DNA of 63,152 nucleotides, counting the filler, from Platydemus manokwari (Eukaryota): the NCBI GenBank assembly GCA_037951405.1. It is 6 parts of 6 records of this genome, joined end to end, with 100 filler letters (N's around TTAATTAATTAA, not from the genome) between each part and the next. Parts side by side here need not be neighbours in the genome. Positions count along the whole stretch, not along the records: positions 42,168 to 53,020 come from JBBMOY011100887.1; positions 53,121 to 63,152 come from JBBMOY011176655.1; 4 more parts are not named here. One strand, 5' to 3'. Positions 51,584 to 63,152 of the stretch are shown in pieces. A program made the translations under genes and the position numbers. A model generated the notes under the pieces. The model was not told the DNA's origin and searched no databases. It saw nothing but the letters and a program-made list of their open reading frames with translations. The number at the start of each line of letters is the position of its first letter. The first letter of the stretch is position 1.

Positions 51584-52890
51584 TTACTCAAATTCAAAAT
51601 CTTCAACATTTTTCAAACCAATTTGTGAAGATTCAAAAATATATGTTGTTTCTACTAGTTGCTCTTATAGATTAGATAATGAATATTTAGTCTGTTCCGA
51701 ATATTTCAATTAACAGACCTGGCCGTACAAGAATCTCTGTAATAGAAACATTTCATAATTTAAAATTTTAACTTGGATTCCATTTGATTTTTTAATGATG
51801 TGTATATGTTTACTGCTTTGAAGTATTATTAATATTATTGTATACGACTGATAGACTAGTTTAAAAAGCTTACCAATATTTTCAACTTATACTTCTGACA
51901 ACGCTATTTGAATTAAATTAATTTTTTAATGTAATCTTTGAAATTTTTTCTGTAAGGCCTCAATTCAAAAGTTGTTGAAATTTCGTAAGATGTGTAGTTT
52001 TAAATTCTAGCTTAAATAATTTATTTAAGGTTTCTTAAATTGATTAATAAACGGAATTAAATTTTTGTAACGTTTCTCAAAGTCTTCTGATCTTTAAAAA
52101 GAAATAAAAGAATGTAATAATGTAAAATTCCATTCAATCATAATAAAATTCAGAAATTATTATTAAATTAATTTTGAAATCTTTGTCATGAAAAAGTATT
52201 CATGAAACGTTATTAAATCATTGACCTTATATTTTCTAACACATTTTCACCGATAAAACGAAAACTTTAAATAAAATTAATTAAATAATAATGGGGCTCA
52301 TATAATTTTTAAAACTGATAACATTTTAATTCATTTATCATGCGCAACAGAAATTTTAGTTGAGAGAATTTGAACTTCCATTACAGTCAGTATATTTAAA
52401 ATCGAAATAAAAGTTCATCAAAATTTCAATAGTTATCATCATTTATGGATTTGGTTTATTATAACACTCTTTGTTGATTAGTTTATTTCAAGATCAGATA
52501 AATATTGTTCATTTGTAAAAGTCATAAACGGACCTGGTTGAGGCAGATATAAAAAGAATATAACCATTTCCAGGCTTTGATGACAATAGATAGTATTTAT
52601 AACCTTGATTTCCATTTGACAGTATCACAACCTTTCCAATGATTCATTGATATATATGAGAAGCTAAGAGTAAATAAATCAACACAATAAATAAAACCCT
52701 GCTTAAACTAAGAGTAATTTAGTTAAAATTAACAAATACCTTGCAAATTATCGAAATTATTCTTGAAACTCGACCAAGTCGAAGAGACTAGGAGAAACGA
52801 TGACTCTTAGTCGATGAAAAGATGAATGTCATTAGATGGAATACGTGAGATTTTTAGATAAGTATCAACAATATTAACCTTTTAATTTCT
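51584..52890 (-). pseudogene. Multi-exon spliced-looking unit convergent with the PAGR1-like gene; 3' exons open, 5' exons contain stops
   Basis: GT/AG-bounded blocks at ~52890-52740, ~52664-52533, ~52010-51874, an 18-nt exon 51736-51719, and 51663-51584 (ILVRP|EQLVETTYIFESSQIGLKNVEDFEFE*). Confidence 0.35.
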
Positions 52891-53020
52891 CTGCAAAATA
52901 TGTACAATTTTCAGAAATGTACCTATTGCAATAACTAATTTTATAAAAATATCAGAAAAGGTATATAATATAACGAAATTTTTCTTGATTTTTGGAATCT
53001 TATTAAATAATAAATAAATT

Positions 53021-53120
53021 NNNNNNNNNNNNNNNNNNNNNNNNNNNNNNNNNNNNNNNNNNNNTTAATTAATTAANNNNNNNNNNNNNNNNNNNNNNNN
53101 NNNNNNNNNNNNNNNNNNNN
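53021..53120. other. Artificial contig linker
   Basis: 44 N + TTAATTAATTAA + 44 N. Confidence 0.98.
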
Positions 53121-56100
53121 CTACGTATTATAACGATTCAATAAAAAAAAATCAATAAACAATGGGTCTAATTTTAAGTTATGTTGTCTAAATGTTTTCT
53201 AAAAACGGAAAACTTGCCAATATAATGATCAACAAATGTAGGTGTAGGTTGTAAAATATTGATAGCGATATATGCACAATAGTAAACTATAATTTCAGAA
53301 ATTAGTGAGTAGTAAGGCTAAAGAAAACTATTTTCAACAATCATACGTCAGGCCATATGGTTTACATATATCTCTCACAATATTGTCGACAATCAAATGT
53401 ACTTTTTAAACTTTAATCTCATTTTATAAATATTATAAAATACTCAACTTTGATCTCTCCATCTTCCAAATGAATATTTGATGTTATTTGAGTTAATTAA
53501 TTGGTTTTATTGGATCTGAATGTGATTTTATAAAATTTTATTTTATTTTTCTGTAATATATATGGATTCATATTTTCGTGGAGAAAGATCTTCTACTGGT
53601 GTCATGCCATATTGTTTTCATTATCATCGTTGCTATCGTTATGGTTGGCGTTATTATTAATATTTTGATAATCAGAATACGTTTGAAAATAGCGAATAAA
53701 TCCATAATGTTTTTTTCGTATTTGGCGAATGTACAGAATTAAAATGTGATTTGTGCTGAGTTTTGATTTGTAACGATCGAAATTTGAATTAAATGTCATG
53801 TCCAGTGTTTGTAGAACAGTTTTGTTTTTCAATTTTTTTAACCGGTCTGAATCTGACTCCAAATGATTTATGAAAGCAATAATATTTTGATGATAAATAG
53901 ATAATATATAATCGGAATCAATGAACTAAAGTCAACAAACCCAATAATAATAGATAAAAATAAATTATATTAGATTTGAAAACATACTTGATAAAATTTA
54001 AAGCTATCAAATGAAAATTTTGTTTGTTGTCTTATTAATGATATTGTGCCATAAACAAAAACAAATATATCATGATAGTCCATGTGGGTTGATCAAGGAG
54101 ATTATTAACAGACAAAAGTACATCTGAGAAAATTAGGAGATTGATCAACTGTAGATGAGTGTATAAAAGCATAACCGGAATGCAGCAACAATTACTTACA
54201 GATTTATATTAATATCATATTTCTACATGATATTGTTTAAAGGCACTTTAGATTCCAACCATCTAGTTTCCGGATTTCACTCGTAGAATTTTCACTTTAA
54301 ATTTTCACTTACCCCTCTTAATGTTGTTCCCGCAATATTTATTCTAATTGTATGTGCTTCAAATGTATGTGGATTATTTTATTCATCTGATTTTCTCTTT
54401 ACTTAATAATAATGATTAATGTTACTCAAGGTCTAGTATTTATTGATTTTTGATCATCGAAGCTTCATTATCAATGATTAATTTATTGATGTGTATTTTT
54501 CCTATTCGATCACATATCCGATTATGAAATGTAAATTATTTATCTTATTTTGTGTCATTATAAACATTAATTGATTTTTCTACTTAATATTCATTCGTCT
54601 TGTTCCCTAAAACCCTATACAATTCATTTATATAAATTCAATATCAACTTTATATATAACCTCTTCATACATGTAATGCCAATGTTTTCGTCATGATCAA
54701 ATACTTTATGAATATATTGACCTTGTTTTATTTGGTTCTGTCATATTACTTATTCCTCTCGAATTATTTTATTCGTCAATTCTCATTTGTCGTGTCGTAT
54801 TATTATTATTTTTATTCTTCATAAATATTTACTGTACATTACACAGCGACAAAATTTTGCATCACAGAATAATAAAAAAAAACAATACTGCAGATAAAAA
54901 ACAAGATTTTCATGCAAGGATGGATTGATAGATTATCTTGTAAAGCAAATGACGTGATGGAATTAATGAGTTATTTTAAACTGATGATGATTGAGAACAA
55001 ACAATCAAATTATTATCGATTATTTGTCCTTTTATTCAAATCCTAAGAAGTTAGTAATCTAAAAATTGATGATTTCACCAAGAATCTGACAAATAATCAG
55101 ATTATTAGATTGCCCTTAAATTCGAGTTAATGATAAGGGTAAATAATCAATAACGTAACATTGTTGGAAGTCGGTAGGTTATAATCTGATGAATTATTTG
55201 ACAAACCAACAATACAAAGATCGATAAGTTATTATAGTTTAAGGCTAGGCCGTTATATTTTCCCACCAATATCTGACTCCTAACAGATTAATTGGTTGAG
55301 TCAATAACTCAATGACGTATAATACTATATTTGATATAATAAAGATTTGAAAATTCGTGATGCATATAAATTTATACTGAGAAAGCTGTAGTAACCTGAA
55401 ACTAAAGAAATGATTTTGAGAACTACAAACTCTTACCACTTGCAATGAATCTCTTGACGACATCTGATCCAAATTTAAAAAATATAACACAATGAATAGG
55501 ATTAATAGATTCATGGACAACAAATTGAAATAAGAGATCCACAAAGGAATAGTTGAAACTAATGATCCACGAAAGAAAATTGTACTGACAATCCATACAG
55601 AGTTGTGTTTGGAATGAACTCCGAGATTTTATAATTCTGTCGATGTTTGTATTTTACTTTAATTTTTCAATGGATGACAAATTTATTGTATTTTAATAAT
55701 TAACCATGATGATTTATATTGCTACCATGTCTAATTACCTGTCAATTTGAAACTATATAACTACACTCTCGGCTACTATGGTAACGCGGAAAATGATTTT
55801 ATTTTTTGACTTTACGCCAACAGTGCAATTATAACTGTTATTATTATGATTATGTGATCATCTGAAGAATATGAACAATTGGTGGAGAGAACTGAATGAC
55901 GTTCTGTGTGGAAAACGCACACTGAAATAATAAATAGAAAAAATAAGAGATGACATGAAATCAAAATTAATTTTTTAACGAAAACACATTTTTAACAAAA
56001 AGATTTTTATGATAAATAAAATAAAAATTTCAAACACAAAGATAACTAAAGAAAAATGCTTGAAAATAATAATCAAAGACCTACATATTTTAACAGTGAA

Positions 56101-57844
56101 AAATAACGTTGGATAGGCTGGCATAAATAAATCAGACAAAGATCCGCAAATTTAAACCTCCTTACAAAGAAAGCAAACTTCATTAAAACAAATCATAGAA
56201 AGACCGGTAGCACATAAAACCCATATAGGTATGGATGAGAAAGGTAAAAAATAATATTACGCACACTTATTTAAGTACATAAAACTTACTTAATTTTTAT
56301 TCAAGTGTTGAGGTTGTTTTAGTTTATGGATTTAATGTAACCTGGATCAAAACAAATGTAGATTAATGTGATAATTAATTGAGTACTAAAATCCTATAAA
56401 TTAATTGAGCTCTAATGGTTTATAGTTGATTAGTACACCTGACTCCAAAAGTGTATGTAAATATGAACGATATGGGATTAAATGATAGATTATTAGAGAA
56501 TAAATAGCTTGATCTAAATAAATATAATTTATATTACAATGAATAACAATTTCAATTGGAAAATAAAACACTTCATAATAATATGAAAAATTATTAACAA
56601 TGAGGTTAATATCCAGGAGATTAGGAATCGATTTTAATTTGAATACTAATGTCTGGTTCCATTTCTATAGAACCGGCAATTTTTATAAATTTTTTATGGC
56701 AGTGCGCATAAGAACCCTCGATTTATTTTATTGGTGGTTAGGCCTAATGGCACCGTAACCACTACTATAATATAGTTCTTGATTTTAAAATTTTAGACTT
56801 TTAATTTAGATTCTAGGTAACTGGGATTCGGACCAGAACTTTAGATTGGAATAAATGTAAAATGTGATTTTAAAATAATTAAAATTACTCGGGAAATGGG
56901 TTTAAAATAATGTTCGATTCGCACTTAGATAGTACAATGTGTCTTTGATAGGAGGTATTCTTCGCAGGACAATGAGACAAGAGAGTTTATTAGAATTGAT
57001 TGAGAAAGTTTGTCCCAATTATTCTTCGCAGATTTAAGTTACAATAAAAATGACTTAAATAGCTCGTAGTAATGAATTAGATAGTTTGTAAAAACTATTT
57101 CGTAATTCGAGACTTAATTTTGTTCTTATTCCTTATATACTAGTCTCTAATTCATTGATCATTTTATGTGACACAGACGATAGTCAAAACCCTTGAGATA
57201 TAGAAGCGCTGCTCAAGAATAAATTAATTTTTATCCTATTATTAATGTTATATTTTATTTCTTTGTTAATAAACTTGTATATGGTACACCTCTATAATTT
57301 ATTAAATTTTCCTATATGGAGTCATCGCACCTTAATTTCTGAGAAGCAACCACATAATTAGAGTAATTATTAATTGTCTTACATAATATCTCTGATGTCA
57401 GATATTTCTTTTGATTTTCGAATCTCTTTTGCCACTTTATTTATACTATTTACTTTAATAATCAACACACTCATTTTCATTAGGAAAACTAATGAAGATT
57501 ATTTTAGGCGTCTACAAATTCCTTTAGACTTCATAATGTGATTATTTACAAAATTACAATGAATCTCGTCGGAGATTGGAACAATTACGCAATGAACTGA
57601 AGTTGACATTATTGAGTGATTCCGATTAATGAATAAGTTCGAATAAACCCGTGAATAATGTGTAATAACTTATAAACGTGTACTAAAGTTCACGAGTATT
57701 ACGTTGATTATGAGAAATCAATAAAGCTTGACCAATGAAATTATAGAGCCAAATCATGTGATTTGTGACTGTTTATATACCAATTGTTTTGTGAATTTGA
57801 TAATTCATTTAAAATTATTTTATATTTAGTCAAAACGACTCACC

Positions 57845-58723
57845 GATTAAATAAAGAAAGAGGGTCCTTTGATCTAATTGCAACGTAGTGATTTTTCCTG
57901 TGTTTTAATTTCAAAATTTAGTTATAATGGTATTTTTATCATATTTTCGACTTATTTTTTAATCTAATTTTAGATGAAATGAAATAAAACAGCAAAATTC
58001 TATCAGAAAAAACAATGGCAGAGAAATGCCGATTCAACGTTTTGAGCATAAATGTCAAGGTTATCCGGAATCACAGTACCATGTTGATAACCTGAGTTTG
58101 CTAGGCAAGACTTCCAATAAAACCCAAAAGTGATTGATCCCGGCTCCATCCATCATCAATTAAATGTCAAATAATATTTCAAATGTTAATTTTATATTTT
58201 TCTTGCAATGTTTTCTCTAGGATTGTCACACCTCGACTTTATAAATAAATCATCTTTCACAAAATGATGAAAAAAACCTTAAAAATAAAACTAAATATTA
58301 AAATATTTATTGTTATATAAAATTTAATGATTTCTTCATTTCTTCTCCTTTCTATTTCAAAGTCGATGTGTGACAATCCTAGAGTTAACGAATGCAAGAT
58401 AAAGATAAAAATTAACAATTAAAGAATTACTTGATATTTAATTTAATCCGAATCAATTGCATTGAGGTTTTATTGGAGATGCCTTCCAAAAGTATGTTAT
58501 CAACATGACACTGAATCATTTTAAGTGCTTTGTAAATTCGAATAACCGAGATATTTATACTCAAAGTATCGAATCGATATTAAATTTTGATAGTTGTATA
58601 TCCGATAGAATCAAGTCAAAACAGGATAAAAATATCAATAATAATAAATTCTGAAATTAAATAATATGCAAAAAATGATTTCATTGAAACTTAGGTCAAA
58701 GGACCATTTATCTTATTTAAGTC
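57845..58723. repeat. Long imperfect inverted repeat (arms ~57845-58240 and ~58359-58723, 118-bp spacer)
   Basis: Inner ends ctctaggattgtcacacctcgacttt and the reverse complement ctctaggattgtcacacatcgacttt match at 25/26. Outer blocks (catgttgataac, ccaataaaacc, ggtcctttga.ctaa) align in mirror order. Confidence 0.9.
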
Positions 58724-60871
58724 AATTTTTACGATGCTCTCGACATTTTTAGAAATTCTATTGAAGGACAAATTTTATCTATATTTTTATTTATTTTGCG
58801 CTATTCACAGAAAATATAGATAAAAACAAAAGAAGTTTAATTTTATTTTTTTACGTTTTTATGAAACGAAATCTATCTGCTTTTTAAATTTATTTTTATA
58901 CATCATGTGATTTAATGTAAAGAAAGAAACAGTTAATTAATAATATGAATGATCTACTTTTTCGAAAATTAAATTTTAATCTAATAGATTAGTATTATTA
59001 ATTAAAGTTTTAAAAATGGGAAAAAATATGTTTATAGGAACTTAGCGCCGTGTATTTAATTTTTTAAAGATTAAAATTATTTTCATTAAGTTAATTTTAA
59101 GATAAATTGCAGAAAATCACAGAAAATTTTTTACTGATTTCTAAACATCAAATCAGTTCATGGAAATTATCGAAATAAAAAAATATGAATGATATTATTA
59201 TGAATAATAAAACCGACCTCAATCTTGATAATAATAATAATGAATAATCGAATGACATGAATAAGACTAGCTTTATATTCGGAATTAGATGTCAGGTTTT
59301 CTGTAAGGTATTTTTAGCAATATATCTAGAGAGAGAAAGAGAGATTTAGATAATTAACAGAATATTTCGACAGTGCTTGTTTTATTATAATAAATAAATA
59401 ATTTTACCATATTTCTAGACCTTCAGAATCCCTCGGAACTGTAATGCTAATTTATTATCTGATAAATAAATATATCAATATACGAATTCCTTTTCATCAG
59501 ATGACGTAGAATGTCAGTTTTCTTTTATTTAATTTACGCATTGATATATAAACCCATTTATTTGTCATTTAAATTTAAGCAACCTCAAAGAGATAGCTTG
59601 AAAGAATTCATCTGGTTTTCCTTCCTGACTAAAGTCGGTGATTAAAATCACATGGAATCACAGACTGCCTGTATATATTAGCATTTCCATTAAAAAGTAA
59701 AAACAGACATCCCATTTGTCATGTGGCGAAATTCGAATATGTAATAGAGAATAATATGTAAAGAACATTGTGTGGAAAATTCAGATTGATTTCCATGTTA
59801 ATCTGTTTTGTCTAATTTCCTATTCTGCAGCACAGATATAATAAGGTCATCATTTGACATGGTTATTTAAAGAATTCATGTTAAATCACAAATTATATTT
59901 AATGGTGAATATGGCTTCACACACACACATAAGTAACGAAATTGCACCGAATTTACTCCTTTATCATTCACTGCTTCATTTCGCTCGTTAAAAATATTTT
60001 GATATCAAATGTATTTCGTTTTCCGTTAATATTTTTAGTCATATCATAGTTCCGTCTAATTCACTGGTTTTTTGCGAGGTTAAATTAAGTGATCGCGACC
60101 ATTTTGTACTCAACTCGTTATCAGTTAGACAAAAGAACGAAACAAGGACTGCATTTTCAACAGATTTTATGTCCTATAACATGCTTTATGTTTTTCTTTC
60201 AATAATCATTTCCCACTGCCTGTCAATATGTTAGATCCAAAGAAATGGATAACCAAATTAAAGGTAGAAAAGTCATTGCTATTCATTTGTCAAGATATTT
60301 ACAAATTTTATGCATATATTTGATTTAAAGAATAAGATACGGTTTCACATGAGGTTAAAAAACACTGGTTAAATGTATCTGTTTAGTTTTTCTTATTACG
60401 ATTTCATTTCATTTCTTCATTCAAAGTTGCAAATCATAAATTCCAGATTATTCATCAGTAAACTATTCAGTTTTGTAGTGATAATTTTCTGATTAAAAAA
60501 ACTAACAAGATGAGAAAATTAGATATATTTCCTGGAAAAATTTCGATTTTTCTGGTAATGAAAGTTTGATCGGTGAAAGTTTTTTAAAAATATCGAAATT
60601 ATGTTTGAAATATTAAAAATTTCATTAAAAACAAAATTGTCATGCTTTTAGATATTTTGAATGATTATTTCTGTCTTTAAATGACTTTGATTTTAAATTT
60701 TTTAAATTTCTACAATTTGGATTATTTAAACAAGCCTGAAATTGTTAAATACGAAATTATTCATTGCTATATTTGTCATTGTGGTTTATTAATAAATAAA
60801 TATTCTTATACACTAAATTTCAGAATCAGAAAAATGTATTTTTTTATAAAAATTCACGAACATCTTTTCAG

Positions 60872-61012
60872 GTATTAGATCTCGATAAAGATGGGAAACT
60901 TAGCAGCGATGAGTATCTCACGGGCTGGGTCGATTACTTCCTTAGTGAAGATTCAAGAAGTCCATATCGAGGATTCTTTGGTCCAGTTATTGCCAAATTT
61001 GAGCCTCATTAA
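60872..61012 (+). CDS. Terminal exon of a sarcoplasmic calcium-binding protein (SCP)/calexcitin-like EF-hand protein
   Basis: After a ttttcag acceptor: VLDLDKDGKLSSDEYLTGWVDYFLSEDSRSPYRGFFGPVIAKFEPH*. It has a canonical 12-residue EF loop DLDKDGKLSSDE plus the SCP-type tail DF...D..S...FxGPL. Absent from the ORF track. Confidence 0.85.
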   Translation, partial: VLDLDKDGKLSSDEYLTGWVDYFLSEDSRSPYRGFFGPVIAKFEPH

Positions 61013-63152
61013 TTGAATTTATAACATCGGTTTTCTGCTACCCCAACATTAATTTAGTTATTATATATATTGTGCACGCCATTTTATAATGTTGTTATAA
61101 TGCAGATCGATTAGATGATATTCAAGTAAATAGCAATCTTGCACTTTATTTCCGCATTCTACAATCAATATAAAATACCAGACATATATAAACCTATAAT
61201 ATGGCATTTAAACGTCAGTGCAAATTAAATCAAAACATTTAAATTTTTTTGATTTGATCAACTAAAATGTTGCACTTTAACAGAAATGTCATGTTTTGAA
61301 AAATATCATTTAAATAAAATGCAATTATTAATGAAAATCTTTCAGTTGTCCCGCTGTGGTGTTCGAATTAAGAAAATGCATCATTTAATTTTCAATTCGA
61401 TTTTCAAATAGAGTATTTTTATGAATGTAAAATATTTTTAAATAAAGTTTGATGAAAGAGGCCATCTGTACAAAAAGTGGCTTCAAGAATGATATCCCTA
61501 GGACATTGGGTTTTCAAGAAGATATGAAGAAGATATTGTTCAAATTGAAAGCTAAGTGGAGAAAACAAAATATTACTTCAATGATTGCCCAAATGATCAC
61601 AAATAAAAGATAATTAAAGGTAGAAATATTACTATTCACATTTTTTAACTTCAAAAACTCTCCAAATGCGTTTAGTATAAAAGAGCGCATATCAAAAATA
61701 TTTAAGTAAAAGTTGCTTTTGTAGGATTATAGCAATGAGACATGTTTTATGCTATTTATAATTGTTTTGAAGAGCATTATTTGATTTATCATTGTAGTTG
61801 TAGATATTCTATCAGATGGCTCATTTGATGTTCACATAAAAATAACTTGTCGTATTGCAGGAAACAAAATATAACGTTTTTGTGAAACTTCCATATGTTA
61901 AAACTTGTTCACACGACAAACTGCTGTCATTCATCTAATTAAATTCTCAGTAATAAACCCGATTTTCGAGAATGATTAGCAAAAGAATCTATTTAATTTT
62001 TCGAAAAAATATTATTTGATTTAAACTGTATGATTACAATTGAAAGTAATCCATAAATATTAATATATTTTATAGAAATAATTATTTTCCCATTTCACAC
62101 GAAAATTGTCATTCAATTCAGAACTTAATAACGTATTTAGAAATAACTTTTGATTCGAATAGAATATTAGAGATTAATTAAGACTCAACAACATTAAACA
62201 TTTTGAACTCCACTGTCTTCGATATTTTGAAAATATTTGCACATCTGTCATACACAATGAAGACCGTACAATATCGATAAACAAGAAAATTAGTTGTCTT
62301 CAATTCTGAACAATTCCAATTGACCGACTTTTAGCATGACTTTGCAGCTCTAATGCAGACCATTTCCTTGAAATCGTCCGTTGATTTTATTGTTCTGTAT
62401 TAGATGTTATTATTATTTCATCAACCATTGATGAAATTCTCCACTATAAATTAAAAACTTTCTTTATATTGAAACGGTTTCATTTATTTCAAAAAGTAGG
62501 AAATTTATTTATTAATTAAAATAACTAACCCATACAAATAAACAACTCGGATAATATGCAATATTATTTAAATAACATTCATAACATATTGATATCTTTC
62601 TATAATATGTTGGGACAGCAAAATGACAGTCAAAATTTAGTATTGAAACATTTTCGTTTGAGTAGCTATATATATTATCAAAATAATATCCCGAATACTA
62701 ATAATCTTAAATAGAAATTACAAGACGTTCAAAATAGCAAAATATATCATTCACTTGCGAAATATCAGACCCTGGCACTTTTATGTAACCGAAGTTTCTT
62801 TGTTGTAATATCTCAAGAACTTCGATAACTACATTGCTATGGTTTTATGGGTCATATTGTTTTACTTTAGATTAATAAATCTAAAGGACTTCAAATAGTA
62901 TGTGGAGATTAAGGAGTTATTACTATTTAAAACATATTATTAATGCTAGTTAAAATCTAATTAAAATCGGAGCATTTATTTTAAAGAAATTATCAAATTT
63001 CTGAGGTAAATACATGAATAAACGATATTAAAATATAATTATGATCATAAGATCTACAATAAAATTTAATTCGGATTGTCGTAATGAATCCATTTTTCAT
63101 CGCCAGTAACGATTCGATGCAAGAACGACTTCTTTTTATGACGCTCGAGCAG

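Noticed and set aside
44560-52890. Alternative genetic code (stop reassignment) explaining the in-frame stops in exon-like blocks
   Set aside because: VPS13D runs 1124 codons with no stop, and astacin, TRIAP1, Rab and the SCP-like exon end at TAA at the expected family C-terminus (PAGR1-like ends at TAG). The relics also contain frameshifts.
9510-53120. Five identical TTAATTAATTAA palindromes in N-runs as a biological repeat
   Set aside because: Exactly 44 N + 12 + 44 N each time: an assembly or concatenation linker. It also invalidates any synteny across these points and the X-containing end of ORF 9325-9561.
53602-53862. 86-aa minus-strand ORF as a gene or piggyBac fragment
   Set aside because: Only a vague DRL.K resemblance, lacks the catalytic-region DE, and ends in low-complexity N/D sequence.
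1-63152. rRNA, tRNA, snRNA or spliced-leader RNA genes
   Set aside because: None recognisable by eye; an Infernal/tRNAscan-SE search is needed to exclude them.

Overview
This is very AT-rich animal nuclear DNA, not a prokaryotic locus. It is six separate contigs (1-9509, 9610-19431, 19532-32235, 32336-42067, 42168-53020, 53121-63152) joined by identical artificial 100-bp linkers (44 N + TTAATTAATTAA + 44 N), so neighbourhood across linkers means nothing. Genes have many 40-56 bp GT-AG introns mixed with kb-scale ones; with the AAT microsatellites this suggests a planarian-like flatworm or similar invertebrate (inference only). Hand-spliced genes: a complete 5-exon astacin protease, the 3' part of rhophilin, a TRIAP1/MDM35 twin-CX9C gene sitting 166 bp upstream of VPS13D (first 13 exons), the 3' end of a Rab5-like GTPase, a PAGR1/PA1-like gene and the last exon of an SCP-type EF-hand protein. 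The rest is mostly decayed mobile DNA: a RLE-type non-LTR element, Gypsy gag relics, a possible Maverick/adintovirus remnant, hAT and pogo MITEs, piggyBac relics, a solo LTR, a dispersed tandem repeat family and a ~0.9-kb inverted repeat. The best candidate for an undescribed system is a possible trans-spliced, operon-like TRIAP1-VPS13D pair of mitochondrial lipid-transfer genes. All family calls come from motif recognition by eye; no searches were run.
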